DNA from: Shigella phage vB_Shig_1KOFFS
Sequence record: PV615260
Direction: 5' to 3' (one strand)
DNA length: 48,622 nucleotides
Positions 37,709 to 47,399 of this stretch are shown here, one piece after another. Below the pieces are notes generated by a model. The model did no database searches, was not told the DNA's origin, and saw only the letters and a list, made by a program, of their open reading frames with translations. The stretch's first letter is position 1. The number at the start of each line of letters is the position of its first letter. A program made the translations under genes and the position numbers.

Positions 37709-39997
37709 TTAAAGTACCTCTATCTCAACAGAATAAGGGGTGGTTGTAGTTGCCCCTGGGTTCGCAGGAAGAATAAAACGAATCTTGCGACCTGAGTTCA
37801 CAGCATAGGATAAGCTGTTATCATCATTCGCATTTTTTACAGTAAGACCATAGTTCTGGCCGATGAAGTTTCTGGCCTGAGTGGGTGTTACTGTTTTAAG
37901 GAACGTCGCTGTTTGTACTGGACTGGTGTTGGTAACAGCCAACCCATCGGTAGTTGCAATATTTGCACCGCCAGACATAGGGACGACTATACATGGGAAG
38001 TTAGTGCTACGAACGAACACATTCCACTCCTGAACAACAGCGTCACCAAGGTCGTTTCCGTTGCGAGATGTTAGCTTGACTCTCAACGTCATTCCAGGAA
38101 TTAGCCCGTTAAGGGTGTAAACCTTACCAGACTGCCGCTCATCAACAGTGAACGTACCGTTAAATCGTATTTTCATCCCTACAGGGTTAATAGTCGGCAG
38201 CGCGTCAAAATCAGACTCATAAAAAGTCATGGCGTTAGTGTACATGCTGGACTGGAAGATGATGTTCAGGAAATCCAGACCCCAACCACCAGCCTGATTC
38301 GACCAGTTTTCCACTCTACTCCGGAACCGGGCATTGAGTCCACGCACGTTAATGGAGTGAACAACCTCAGTTGCCGGTACAGTAGTTTTGGATATACCGT
38401 AACCATCCGCAACTATTTTTATTACACCAGTTTCAGCAATAATGCTATGGTCTTCCAGACGAACAATGTCATGCCAGGAACCAGCGCTCATCCACTGAGT
38501 AAGCTTAATATCGTGCCCGTACACGAGACATTCACCAGCAGCAGTCCCGTCACCGACAACCATTACCTGCGTTGCTTGTCCAGGAACGCCAGCATTAAAT
38601 GATAGGTCAACCACCGTTCGGAAGAAGCTATCAGTTGCAATGCCGTTGTGGTTACGCAAGAATGTAATCCCTCGCCGAGATTTGCGAACCATAACATTTT
38701 CAACGGTACATCCTTCCGTCCACGCAAACTCGTTATACAGGGACACTACTGCACCATTAGAATTCCCGGTATACCCAGTAACCCACAAGTTAGACGCATC
38801 ACCTTCCCACATATCAGACAGACGAACTGGTGTAGCATCTACACCATCATTCCCTTCGACAAGGTAAGATGCAGCACCCCAAAAACGGAATCCGTTGATT
38901 CCGCCGCCAGACCATGCCTGCTGCGAAGTGCCATCTTCTTTGAAGCGGGAGAATGTAATTCCAACATTATTACCGGTGTGCCAAAGGTTTGGGCCGCGCA
39001 GAGTCCCTACCGAATAGGATAGGATGTAGAAAGGCTTATCACCACAGTAAAACCGCAAACCACCCTGCAAGACATAACCCTTATCAAATCCGGGGTTTTC
39101 AATCTTGGCCTCATAAATGTTAAATGTACGCGAAGCCTTGTACATGTTAAGGAGAACAGGATCAATGGTATCTCCGGCTCGTAATCCGAAGTAACTTGAG
39201 GTTAACTCTTTAACACCTTTACGGCGGATGACCTGTCCATAATCATTGATAATCTGGCACCCATTATCATCAGTATAAGTGGTGTCTGATGTAAGCGAAT
39301 GGCAGTACCAAATACCGCCTCCGGCATTTTGTCCAGAAGTATGTTCTTTCAGAAACACTTGTTGACCAACAGATGAAAACTGCAAAGACCTTAAAGCTGT
39401 GAGATTAGCACACTGACCGATATTTTTCAGCCCTGAACTTTGAGCGAGAACAGCTAGAGTCGACTGATCGCCAGCGTTATCAATGATGTGCTGAACTTGG
39501 TCTCTTGCAGTCTCTACTGCCACCTCGGACGCTTTGGCGTTGGTCTCTGAAGTTTTTGCAGCGGTTTCAGACGCCGCAGCAGCCGCAGCGCTCGTGCCTG
39601 CGGATTGTGAATCATCCTTTACCTGGTTGGCAAGATTTTGCAGCGACTCAAAATCGAACGTCTTAAAGAAATCGACTGCATCCGCAATTACGGTTTCCTG
39701 CGACTGGTAGTAGCGCAGCGTTTCAGCAACATCTTGCGCCAGGCCGTCAACGGTTAGCGAGTCGCTTAAAAGGATCGCGTAGTCGCTAGACGCTACGACA
39801 GCGCCTTTTGTGGTGATAGCTTTAATTTCAGTATCGCTAACCACCTTGTTTACGACGGCCATTTGAATTGGTGACGACAAAAACATAATCGTTGCGCCGG
39901 GGCGAATAAGCGAAAGCGAAGATTGCCATTTTGTGCCAGTCCCGGTAACGGTTCCGTCTGCGGCCATAGCCGCTTTGCCTTCTCTGTATAGTGCCAT
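37709..39997 (-). CDS. Lateral tail fibre / tailspike protein
   Basis: 762-aa ORF; N-terminal Ala/Ser/Thr/Glu-rich segment with [11 protein letters not shown]-type repeat as in side tail fibres; long Gly/Asn/Thr/Val-rich beta-type body. Confidence 0.7.
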   Translation of the reverse strand: MALYREGKAAMAADGTVTGTGTKWQSSLSLIRPGATIMFLSSPIQMAVVNKVVSDTEIKAITTKGAVVASSDYAILLSDSLTVDGLAQDVAETLRYYQSQETVIADAVDFFKTFDFESLQNLANQVKDDSQSAGTSAAAAAASETAAKTSETNAKASEVAVETARDQVQHIIDNAGDQSTLAVLAQSSGLKNIGQCANLTALRSLQFSSVGQQVFLKEHTSGQNAGGGIWYCHSLTSDTTYTDDNGCQIINDYGQVIRRKGVKELTSSYFGLRAGDTIDPVLLNMYKASRTFNIYEAKIENPGFDKGYVLQGGLRFYCGDKPFYILSYSVGTLRGPNLWHTGNNVGITFSRFKEDGTSQQAWSGGGINGFRFWGAASYLVEGNDGVDATPVRLSDMWEGDASNLWVTGYTGNSNGAVVSLYNEFAWTEGCTVENVMVRKSRRGITFLRNHNGIATDSFFRTVVDLSFNAGVPGQATQVMVVGDGTAAGECLVYGHDIKLTQWMSAGSWHDIVRLEDHSIIAETGVIKIVADGYGISKTTVPATEVVHSINVRGLNARFRSRVENWSNQAGGWGLDFLNIIFQSSMYTNAMTFYESDFDALPTINPVGMKIRFNGTFTVDERQSGKVYTLNGLIPGMTLRVKLTSRNGNDLGDAVVQEWNVFVRSTNFPCIVVPMSGGANIATTDGLAVTNTSPVQTATFLKTVTPTQARNFIGQNYGLTVKNANDDNSLSYAVNSGRKIRFILPANPGATTTTPYSVEIEVL

Positions 39998-40053
39998 TTT
40001 AAAAGCCTCTTATGTTGGTTGAGTAACGCAGATAATAGCATCAATGAACAGAT

Positions 40054-40076
40054 AAAAAAAGGAGCCTTTCGGCTCC
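40054..40076 (-). terminator. Rho-independent terminator (- strand) after ssb
   Basis: On the - strand: stem GGAGCC gaaa GGCTCC followed by T7. Confidence 0.7.
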
Positions 40077-40089
40077 TTTAGTTGTCAAA

Positions 40090-40551
40090 TTAGAACGGGA
40101 TATCATCATCGAAATCCATCCCCGTATTCCCTCCGCTGTTTTGCGTCTTAGGCGCTTGTTGCGGCTTGGGTTGTTGAGGCTGCCCCCACCCGGATTGCTG
40201 ATTGCCGCCGTTTTGCGAAGGCTCGCGCTGGCTGAATTCGAGTTGTGGCATAATCATTTCATTGTGGCTGTAAATTGTGCCGTTGTGCTCGCGGTTCACG
40301 ATCTGAAGCGTCCGGCAGGTGACGCTGATCACCTTATCCATTTGCAGCGCTTCGTCGTACCACTTAATCATGTTTTCTTTTGCAAAGAAAACGGCGCGGT
40401 AGTTCGTGTAAATTGTTTCGTCCTCGCCATCACGATTGCGGATCTTCATCCGCTCCGACAGGTCTACGGCGTACATTTTCCACGGCCCGTTATTATTACT
40501 GCCTTCCTTGATGTACGGTTCTTTTCGGATTACACCTGTTACAACATGCAT
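40090..40551 (-). CDS. ssb: Single-stranded DNA-binding protein
   Basis: Gly/Gln-rich linker and acidic C-terminal tail MDFDDDIPF typical of SSB; start probably the second ATG (40551). Confidence 0.85.
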   Translation of the reverse strand: MHVVTGVIRKEPYIKEGSNNNGPWKMYAVDLSERMKIRNRDGEDETIYTNYRAVFFAKENMIKWYDEALQMDKVISVTCRTLQIVNREHNGTIYSHNEMIMPQLEFSQREPSQNGGNQQSGWGQPQQPKPQQAPKTQNSGGNTGMDFDDDIPF

Positions 40552-40587
40552 TGTCATTCCTATGGGGCGGTTTCCCGCCCGGTTAAA

Positions 40588-41244
40588 TTAATTGAAAGAT
40601 GAAATATCTTGTGCTTCTGGTTCAGGTTTTGATTCTACCTTTTCCGGCTCGCGCTTCGCAACCTCTTGCGGTTTACCAGGGTTAAAGCCGTTAGCCGGGG
40701 TGACTTTCAGTTCTGCCTGGCGTTTGGTGATATCGTCTTCAGTCATTTTCCACTCCGCAGGCGTTAACGTTTGTTTCGCCATCTTATAGATCTCACGAAG
40801 CGATTCGAGATCTTCGCACGCGTCAATGCGTTTTTTGAAGTCTTTCGGTGTCATTTTCGTAATTTCTGCATCATCATCCGCCTGCTTGATGCCGAGCGCT
40901 GCGGCTAGTGCATAGCGGCGGGCGTAAGATGTTGTTGAACCGTATGCTTGTTCGACTGTTTTGCTGATCGGCATGTTGTACTGAAACGCCATGAACTCGC
41001 CGCTTTCATGCAAAAACATAGTTTCGAGGTGCATAACCTTTTCGGTGCTGGTATCCATCATGGATTGAATGACCATAATTTTATTCTTCTCCAGCGCCGG
41101 GGAAATAGCGTCGAGGATATCCCCAAGATTCGCATAGGTGTTCCCAAGATGGTTGTTCTTCCCGCTTTTCTTCGCGGCCACGAAGCCAGATTTTGCCTTG
41201 ATTAATGCGGCTGCGATGGTGGTAAATTTTTCAGATGTACGCAT
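40588..41244 (-). CDS. erf: Erf-family single-strand annealing protein
   Basis: Segment YGSTTSYARRYALAAALGI typical of Erf recombinases; sits between exonuclease and SSB. Confidence 0.65.
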   Translation of the reverse strand: MRTSEKFTTIAAALIKAKSGFVAAKKSGKNNHLGNTYANLGDILDAISPALEKNKIMVIQSMMDTSTEKVMHLETMFLHESGEFMAFQYNMPISKTVEQAYGSTTSYARRYALAAALGIKQADDDAEITKMTPKDFKKRIDACEDLESLREIYKMAKQTLTPAEWKMTEDDITKRQAELKVTPANGFNPGKPQEVAKREPEKVESKPEPEAQDISSFN

Positions 41245-41303
41245 GATAAAGTTTCCTTTTCCTGATTGGTAATGCGCACTATATCACAAGTGCGCACCAG
41301 TGT

Positions 41304-42350
41304 TTAGCTATTTGTGCCGTATACGTCCGGGAACATGTATTTCACAAACTGCGGAGTAGGCAAAACGACTTCCGCCGCGTTTGACTCATATGATGGCCAT
41401 GAATCGTGCTTCACGCATTCCGCATACTGATGAATCACGCTTTGATACTGCTTGCGACCGATCTCGATCTGCTTGCTGGTCAGGGTGAACGCCAGCGGAG
41501 CAAACGGTGATTTTTTCTCCTGCGTTAGCAGTCTGACAACTACCGGGCGTTTTTCGTTGTAGGTCTTCACGAACAGATCGCGCTGCAATGCCATCTTGAG
41601 ATAGTAGCCCAAATTGAAGGCGAGTCGCCCGAAATCGTCCGGCTTGGAAGATTGCGTGGTTTTGTAGTCGGTAATCACCACGACCTCGAAAACCTCATCC
41701 GGGTTGAACCCCCACTCCTTGATGAGTTCGGGATCGGAAACAACGTCAACATGATCGAGTCGAACCTTAACCTTGACGCCGAAGATCTCACCGAAGATTG
41801 ACAATTCACGCTGTGCGGTAGGCGATTCGATACATGCGGCGTGTCGCGGGTTAGCCAGCATCACGCTGCGCATTTGAACAACGGCATCGAAATCAACATC
41901 CTTAACCAGCTTGCGCCCGGAGTTCATCGCGGCGCTTTCGTCGCACAGTTCAATCGCCCACCAAACATTTACGTCAATCCCGGCGCGATATGCCATTTCC
42001 AGAAGTTCCGGGTAATCCTTGTTGGACGTCCCAATCAGGCCACACGCTTTCAGCTTCGCAGACAATGCCGACTTCGACGTAATCAGATCTTTAACCTCGC
42101 CAGGAGAAGTCGCCCGCAGATACTCGCCATTAAATTTTGCCGTCTCAAGCATACAGGTATGCGAACAGGTTCCGAACGCCAGCGCGGCGGTTTCCTCACG
42201 CACCTTGTATTTCCAGTGCGCCGGGGATGTTGCGTAAATCTCGCCGAGGCTTGAGCCGCTAACGTACTCCGCGCACCAGGAATCAGGATCGTGATATTGC
42301 TCGTTAGTCAATTCACTGCTTGTGTATGCCCTGAAAATTGCTTCAGCCAT
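41304..42350 (-). CDS. Recombination exonuclease (PD-(D/E)xK family)
   Basis: 348-aa ORF upstream of erf and ssb; D..E.K-like segment VVITDYKTTQ; position in recombination module. Confidence 0.55.
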   Translation of the reverse strand: MAEAIFRAYTSSELTNEQYHDPDSWCAEYVSGSSLGEIYATSPAHWKYKVREETAALAFGTCSHTCMLETAKFNGEYLRATSPGEVKDLITSKSALSAKLKACGLIGTSNKDYPELLEMAYRAGIDVNVWWAIELCDESAAMNSGRKLVKDVDFDAVVQMRSVMLANPRHAACIESPTAQRELSIFGEIFGVKVKVRLDHVDVVSDPELIKEWGFNPDEVFEVVVITDYKTTQSSKPDDFGRLAFNLGYYLKMALQRDLFVKTYNEKRPVVVRLLTQEKKSPFAPLAFTLTSKQIEIGRKQYQSVIHQYAECVKHDSWPSYESNAAEVVLPTPQFVKYMFPDVYGTNS

Positions 42351-42383
42351 TGATATTGCTCCATTTGTGGTTTCGTTGCGTTA

Positions 42384-42425
42384 AGTATACGCATGACGAT
42401 TCCCGGCGCAAGTCAAAAAGTGCTA
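42384..42425 (-). promoter_or_regulatory. Promoter-like cassette variant upstream of the exonuclease operon
   Basis: On the - strand: TAGCACTTTTTGACT, 21-bp spacer, TATACT. Confidence 0.4.
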
Positions 42426-42468
42426 TCTGCGGTTGGTCAAAAAATGAGCGAAATTTACGTAAGATTTA

Positions 42469-42484
42469 GTAAGATGCATCTTAC
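42469..42484. promoter_or_regulatory. Perfect 16-bp palindrome GTAAGATGCATCTTAC (operator-like)
   Basis: Exact self-complementary sequence read directly. Confidence 0.7.
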
Positions 42485-42603
42485 GTGGTTTTTTCCATAT
42501 ATTTCATAAAGTTAACGCAAATCGGTAAGATGGTAAGATCCCTATAGGTAAATATCCATGAAAAAACTGGCGCGAAATCCAGCGAAAAAAGACACGTACC
42601 ACG

Positions 42604-42715
42604 GAGAAATCTTACCAAGATAAGTATAGAGAGATAGAGTAATAATAATAATATTGTTATTTATCATATACTTACTATCTATGTATCGCGGTTAATTGGT
42701 TAAATTTTGCGCGAA
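42604..42715. repeat. Inverted repeat copy B (about 110 bp, 47-bp core at 42636-42682)
   Basis: Reverse complement of 9786-9897; core identical apart from one base. Confidence 0.85.
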
Positions 42716-42721
42716 ATTTAC

Positions 42722-42737
42722 GTAAGATTAATCTTAC
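42722..42737. promoter_or_regulatory. Perfect 16-bp palindrome GTAAGATTAATCTTAC (operator-like)
   Basis: Exact self-complementary sequence; shares the GTAAGAT half-site with 42469-42484. Confidence 0.7.
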
Positions 42738-42796
42738 TAAATCTTACCTAAAGTGGTTCGACCAGTTGCAAGCCACTGAATTTCAGGCATAAAAAA

Positions 42797-42825
42797 AGGT
42801 AAGACTGATTTTCTCAATCTTACCT
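42797..42825. promoter_or_regulatory. Inverted repeat AGGTAAGA-N13-TCTTACCT (operator-like)
   Basis: Same GTAAGA half-site in a wider-spaced inverted arrangement. Confidence 0.55.
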
Positions 42826-42845
42826 AAATTCTGGTCAATATTTAA

Positions 42846-43805
42846 TCATAGAAGAGATGATGCCTTGTATAACTTACGCTCAAAGCCGAGCTTGAAGTTG
42901 TCACCGTTCGGAACGATAACCTTTAGATCCCGATCGTCTGCGGCTGCCAGCATATCCCGATCTCCACGACGGCAAACTACACGCATTTCTCGCTTACCTT
43001 CTCCGCCCTTGCCTTTATACCTGTACGCCACGATCTCGACGTTTGAAGGTATGATGCAGGCCCAAACGTCGCACTTGAACGAACTGGCAATATTGAAGTG
43101 CATCGCCTCAATCCAGGATCGAGCAAGGTAAATCGGCCCGTTACCGTCGTCGCTCTGATTGGTCACTATCACCGATCCGAAGGTCAGATCTCCAGCTAAC
43201 ATCTTCTCCCGGCCTTCTTCATCAATGAACAGGATATTGCAATACTCATCATCCAGCCCATCTTCATGCACGAGTTGCATCGGTAGCGCGTGAATTAGCT
43301 CCTGTCTGCCGTTCTCGTGAGTTTTTACGCCAACCTGATATGATTTGATATGCTCATTTTCAATGCCCTCATAGAGCGTTACAGGCGTGCTATCGACGGC
43401 CTCCGTTCTGTTTAAAACTGCCAGCACTCTTTCATGATCTGCCATCTTGCCGTAGTCATACCCGTTATCACGAGCTACCTGCTTGTTTCTCTTGACTACG
43501 TATTCTTGCGGAACCTTGCCGAGATAGCGCCCAAGAATGTTGATGCACTCGCTATACGGCTGGCCGCTTAACTTCATTAACCAGCCGATCCCCTTATCAG
43601 CACCGCAGCCGCCACAGTATGCGCCGCCGTCGCCGCGCGTTTCTAATTTGTCAGTCCAGCGGAATCTGTCTTTGCCGCCGCAGTTCGGGCAGTCCTGATG
43701 CTTGCCGTTGAAGTATCGAGAGTGTATGCCGCAAATGTTCTGCAACGCCTCGCGCCACATGCCAGCCATGTACGGCAAAACCTCTTTTTCATCGTAAAAA
43801 TCCAC
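42846..43805 (-). CDS. DNA primase (zinc-ribbon type)
   Basis: N-terminal zinc-binding motif CPNCGGKDRFRW..CGGCG typical of phage/plasmid primases; GTG start after RBS GGAGGT. Confidence 0.7.
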   Translation of the reverse strand: MDFYDEKEVLPYMAGMWREALQNICGIHSRYFNGKHQDCPNCGGKDRFRWTDKLETRGDGGAYCGGCGADKGIGWLMKLSGQPYSECINILGRYLGKVPQEYVVKRNKQVARDNGYDYGKMADHERVLAVLNRTEAVDSTPVTLYEGIENEHIKSYQVGVKTHENGRQELIHALPMQLVHEDGLDDEYCNILFIDEEGREKMLAGDLTFGSVIVTNQSDDGNGPIYLARSWIEAMHFNIASSFKCDVWACIIPSNVEIVAYRYKGKGGEGKREMRVVCRRGDRDMLAAADDRDLKVIVPNGDNFKLGFERKLYKASSLL

Positions 43806-43883
43806 GTCGTTACCTCCAAATAAAAAACGCCTACACGAGAATGATAACCCGGCAGGCGTTTAGTGTTTAGACAAATTGTGCTA
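43806..43883 (-). promoter_or_regulatory. Conserved promoter-like cassette (- strand) upstream of primase
   Basis: Reverse complement reads TAGCACAATTTGTCTAAAC, then hairpin and TATCAT-like element, then RBS. Confidence 0.45.
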
Positions 43884-44282
43884 TCGGACTACGCGGAGCA
43901 TTTCCCGGCGGTCGCATCGGCGCGTAACTGGCTTGCCGTTGCTGTCAAACCTTAAATCTGGTCGGCAGAATGAGGCGCGGAAACCTTTGCAATTGTTCCG
44001 GCGGTAGCTCTTGTGTACGAGATAAGCGCCATCGGCTGAGATCATGCCTCGCTTGCGCCACTGCTGAACGACCTGGATGCTAACCCCCAACTCTTTTGCC
44101 GTTCCAGCGATGCCACCGAAGGCATCAATAACAAGCTCCATCCGCGCAGTCAACCCGGCGCGAACCTCATCCTTCAGTACGTAGTAACCAGTCGGGCGTT
44201 TGCGCTTCTTCTTGTCCTTTCCGCGAGATGTTCCATTGTTGCCGTTCAAAGTTCGCTTGTCTACCTTTGCCATTTGTTCCAT
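43881..44282 (-). CDS. HTH DNA-binding protein (Cro/YdaS-like), candidate transcription regulator
   Basis: Segment GTAKELGVSIQVVQQWRKRGMIS resembles Cro/YdaS-type helix-turn-helix; basic N-terminus. Confidence 0.55.
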   Translation of the reverse strand: MEQMAKVDKRTLNGNNGTSRGKDKKKRKRPTGYYVLKDEVRAGLTARMELVIDAFGGIAGTAKELGVSIQVVQQWRKRGMISADGAYLVHKSYRRNNCKGFRASFCRPDLRFDSNGKPVTRRCDRREMLRVVR

Positions 44283-44295
44283 AATTTAGCCCTCA

Positions 44296-44373
44296 TAGCA
44301 CTTTTTGTTAAACATGATAAAATATGCTATGTATTATACACGCAACCATGCTAATGACAAATTAGGATTGCAC
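44296..44373 (+). promoter_or_regulatory. Conserved promoter-like cassette
   Basis: TAGCACTTTTTGTTAAAC followed about 22 bp later by TATTAT, with an extended -10-like TGATAAAAT nearer the box. Confidence 0.45.
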
Positions 44374-44886
44374 ATGGCAAGCACAGAAGAAGACGTAGCA
44401 TATTTTAAGCGACTATTTCGTTATGAAGGCGGAACACTGATTCGCAAAGTTACAACCAGTAGTCGTGCATTCGCTGGCGACTCCGTAGGGTGCGAGAACA
44501 ACGCTGGGTATTTACAGGTAAGCGTAAAAAGCAAACCCCTATACGTTCACCGAATCATTTGGGAAATGCATAATGGGCCGATCCCAGAAGGAATGGAGAT
44601 AGATCATATCAATCAGGTCAGAACAGATAACAGAATCGAAAACCTGCGACTGGTAAGCCACAAAGGAAACCTTAAAAACCAATCAATGAACAGTGGCAAT
44701 ACTAGCGGGCAATCTGGCGTAAGCTGGTTTAAGCGAGGCGGGAAGTGGAGGGCAACAATAAAGGTTGACAGAAGGCAAATACACATTGGTTACTTCGCGT
44801 CGTTTGATTCGGCAGTTGCCGCACGAAAAGCAGCAGAAAAACAATACGGTTTTCATGATAACCACGGAGCAGAGAAAAAGAAATGA
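44374..44886 (+). CDS. HNH homing endonuclease with AP2-type DNA-binding domain
   Basis: HNH motif EIDHINQVRTDNRIENLRLVSHKGN and C-terminal AP2-like SGVSWFKRGGKWRATIKVDRRQIHIGYF. Confidence 0.75.
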   Translation: MASTEEDVAYFKRLFRYEGGTLIRKVTTSSRAFAGDSVGCENNAGYLQVSVKSKPLYVHRIIWEMHNGPIPEGMEIDHINQVRTDNRIENLRLVSHKGNLKNQSMNSGNTSGQSGVSWFKRGGKWRATIKVDRRQIHIGYFASFDSAVAARKAAEKQYGFHDNHGAEKKK

Positions 44887-46922
44887 GCTTATCGATTGAG
44901 CAACAAATAGATCTATACGCAGACAAAATACCGGCAATCCAAAAGAGATTTACCGTTGGAAATATCGTTCCGTATCCATATCAGGCTGTGGCTTATATTG
45001 AGACCGCCAAAAGAATAGCAAACTACACCGCACCGTTTTACATTAAGGCTTCGGTTTCCGCCGGGAAAACCATCATGATCGCCATGCTCGCGGCGCAGTG
45101 CAAAGCAATGAACTTACCCATGATGGTTCTAGCTCGCCAGGCTGAGATCGTGAAGCAGGATTCCGAGGAGATCAGTAACCTCGATGTTCCCAACTCCGTT
45201 TATTGCGCCGGGTTAGGAACGAAGGCCGCATACTTCCCGATTGTCGTCGGATCTGAAGGGACGGTGGTTAATGGCCTGTTTAAAATGCTGGGCGACTACG
45301 TGCCTTCAGTTCTGGCCATTGATGAATGCCACCAGGTTGACTGGCAAGATTTGGCGGAAGCGATCGCCAACAATGAATCGTTCGAGTACATGAGCCGACC
45401 GAAGGATAAGCCGTATCGCGTGAACGGGGAACTGGTCGATGCCGACCACCCCTACGACGAAAAATTCGACGACGTGGAATTCGGCGGCGGGCGCACTCAA
45501 TACACCATCGTAATCATTGAGTTAATGCGCCGTTGCCTTCAGAAGACTGGGCGCGAGCTTCGCATTGTTGGCTATACGGGTTCGGAGTTTCGCGGAGTCA
45601 TTCCGATCTTACAGGAAGACAAGAGCCAGCCGGGTTTCTGGCGCGAGCAGATCACCGACATTAACACAAACTATCTTGTCGAGTTCGGATCGGTTGTTCC
45701 CACCATTTTCGGCGATACCGAGGCGGATGGGTTGGGGTATGATCTTTCAGAATTCCACGGCTCCAGTCAGGACGGTACGCAGGATTTTAGCGCGGAAGAC
45801 TTGCGCAAGATGGAGAAGAAAATCCATGAATCCGGCGAAATGACGAAGCTGATTATGCAAAAGGTCGTTGAGCGTGCGAAAACCCGAAACGGTGTTCTGA
45901 TAACTTGCGCTGGACAGCGGCATTGCAAGGAGGCGGCGAGCTATCTACCGCCGGACGCAACATACGCGATCATCACCGAGAAGACCAACTCAAAGAAACG
46001 CGGCGAAATTTTGGATAAGGCGAATCGCGGGGAGATTAAATACATCTTCCAGGTGATGGCCCTAACCACTGGCGTTAACGTTCCGTTTTGGGATTTTTCG
46101 GTGATATTGCGCAAGATTGGATCGCTTACGTTGCTTATTCAGCTTTTGGGGCGCGGTATGCGACTTCTGAAGGACTGGCAAAAACAGCCACCTTACTCGT
46201 GGGTGAAAGAAGATCACCTTGTCTGGGATTTTGCCGGAACAATGGATGACCTGGGCCAGTTGTATTTCGATCCGATTTTGGAGCAGGCGCAATACCAAAG
46301 ACGCAAGAGCAGCAAGAACGGCCCGAAAATTTGCCCGGTATGCAAGGGCGAAAATAGCGAGTACGCCCGCCGATGCATTCATAAGGACAGTAACGGCAAT
46401 CGGTGCGAATACTTCTGGATCTCGCAGCGCTGCGAAGACCAGAAAGACCCACGAACAGGGAAGATTAAAGTAAAAGGGTGTTACGCTGAAAACGATATTG
46501 TTGCTCGCCAGTGCAGATGCTGCGGTGTTCAGCTTAAAGACCCAAATGACAATCTCACCGGGAAGCACTATACGCAAAATGACTGGTATGATGTTGTCGG
46601 GTTCGATATCGGCTTGACTCGCAATCAGTCCGGGATAATCTTCAATTACGTGTTACTGAACCATGACGGCGAGCGATTCACCGCAAGGGAAAAGTTCTTC
46701 CCGGAATCAGAGAATCAGATTTGCGGCAAGTTGTGGCGGCAAAAGGCAGTCTTCCAGCACGTTAGCGACGCGGTAATGCGCGGCAAGTTGGGTGGCATGA
46801 AAAACGCCCGCAAGATCCTTGAGTATGCGGAATACTTCCGCGCTCCGAAGCGTGTAACGCATCGCATCAACGGCAAGAAGGAGGACATTATTTCCCGCAA
46901 AGACTTTGGAGGCGAGGAGTGA
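44883..46922 (+). CDS. SF2 DEAD/DEAH-box helicase
   Basis: Walker A VSAGKT and DEAH-type motif DECHQV; C-terminal Cys clusters (CPVCKG, CRCC). Confidence 0.8.
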   Translation: MSLSIEQQIDLYADKIPAIQKRFTVGNIVPYPYQAVAYIETAKRIANYTAPFYIKASVSAGKTIMIAMLAAQCKAMNLPMMVLARQAEIVKQDSEEISNLDVPNSVYCAGLGTKAAYFPIVVGSEGTVVNGLFKMLGDYVPSVLAIDECHQVDWQDLAEAIANNESFEYMSRPKDKPYRVNGELVDADHPYDEKFDDVEFGGGRTQYTIVIIELMRRCLQKTGRELRIVGYTGSEFRGVIPILQEDKSQPGFWREQITDINTNYLVEFGSVVPTIFGDTEADGLGYDLSEFHGSSQDGTQDFSAEDLRKMEKKIHESGEMTKLIMQKVVERAKTRNGVLITCAGQRHCKEAASYLPPDATYAIITEKTNSKKRGEILDKANRGEIKYIFQVMALTTGVNVPFWDFSVILRKIGSLTLLIQLLGRGMRLLKDWQKQPPYSWVKEDHLVWDFAGTMDDLGQLYFDPILEQAQYQRRKSSKNGPKICPVCKGENSEYARRCIHKDSNGNRCEYFWISQRCEDQKDPRTGKIKVKGCYAENDIVARQCRCCGVQLKDPNDNLTGKHYTQNDWYDVVGFDIGLTRNQSGIIFNYVLLNHDGERFTAREKFFPESENQICGKLWRQKAVFQHVSDAVMRGKLGGMKNARKILEYAEYFRAPKRVTHRINGKKEDIISRKDFGGEE

Positions 46923-47326
46923 TTACAGATAAAGGGGATTACCTCGAATATTACGGCGGGCCTGTAAAGGCTTGCCCGCTTGAGAAAATCGACCAGATGA
47001 ACAGCGTTTCGTGGCTGCGGCATGAATATCCTGATTATCTGTTTTGGCATACGGTTAACGAAGGGAGCAAGCACAAAGCGAGCGCGGTTATCGATCATCA
47101 AATGGGGTTGCTGAAGGGTGTTAGCGACATTCTGATCCTGATTGGGTTCGGTGGCAAATACCCGTTCGCAGCCATTGAGCTAAAGCGCCAGGGTAAGGCG
47201 CAGGCGTCGCCAGTGAGCAAGGAGCAAAGGGAATTCCTTGCTGCCGTCCGGCGTCGCGGCGGATTCGCCGCCGTGGCCTATGGCTTCGAGCAATTCAAGA
47301 TCGCTTTCTGCGATGCCATAAAATAG
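46919..47326 (+). CDS. VRR-NUC domain nuclease
   Basis: PD-(D/E)xK-like segments GVSDILIL and AIELK; GTG start after RBS GAGGAG overlapping helicase stop. Confidence 0.55.
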   Translation: MITDKGDYLEYYGGPVKACPLEKIDQMNSVSWLRHEYPDYLFWHTVNEGSKHKASAVIDHQMGLLKGVSDILILIGFGGKYPFAAIELKRQGKAQASPVSKEQREFLAAVRRRGGFAAVAYGFEQFKIAFCDAIK

Positions 47327-47399
47327 CACTTTTTGTTAAAACCGCCCGGCGAAAGCCGGGTATCATTTCCACATCGAAACAAAGAACGGAGTGTTGAAA
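47324..47399 (+). promoter_or_regulatory. Conserved promoter-like cassette
   Basis: TAGCACTTTTTGTTAAAAC, hairpin CCCGGCgaaaGCCGGG, TATCAT, CATCGAAAC, RBS GGAG. Confidence 0.5.

Noticed and set aside
40090-40557. First ATG (40557) as the ssb start
   Set aside because: It lies only about 3 nt from the AGGA Shine-Dalgarno; the second in-frame ATG (40551) has better spacing. The difference is 2 codons.
9786-42715. Repeats as a CRISPR array or integration att sites
   Set aside because: There is no regular repeat-spacer periodicity; the two long repeats are inverted and 33 kb apart, and no integrase or cas genes are present.
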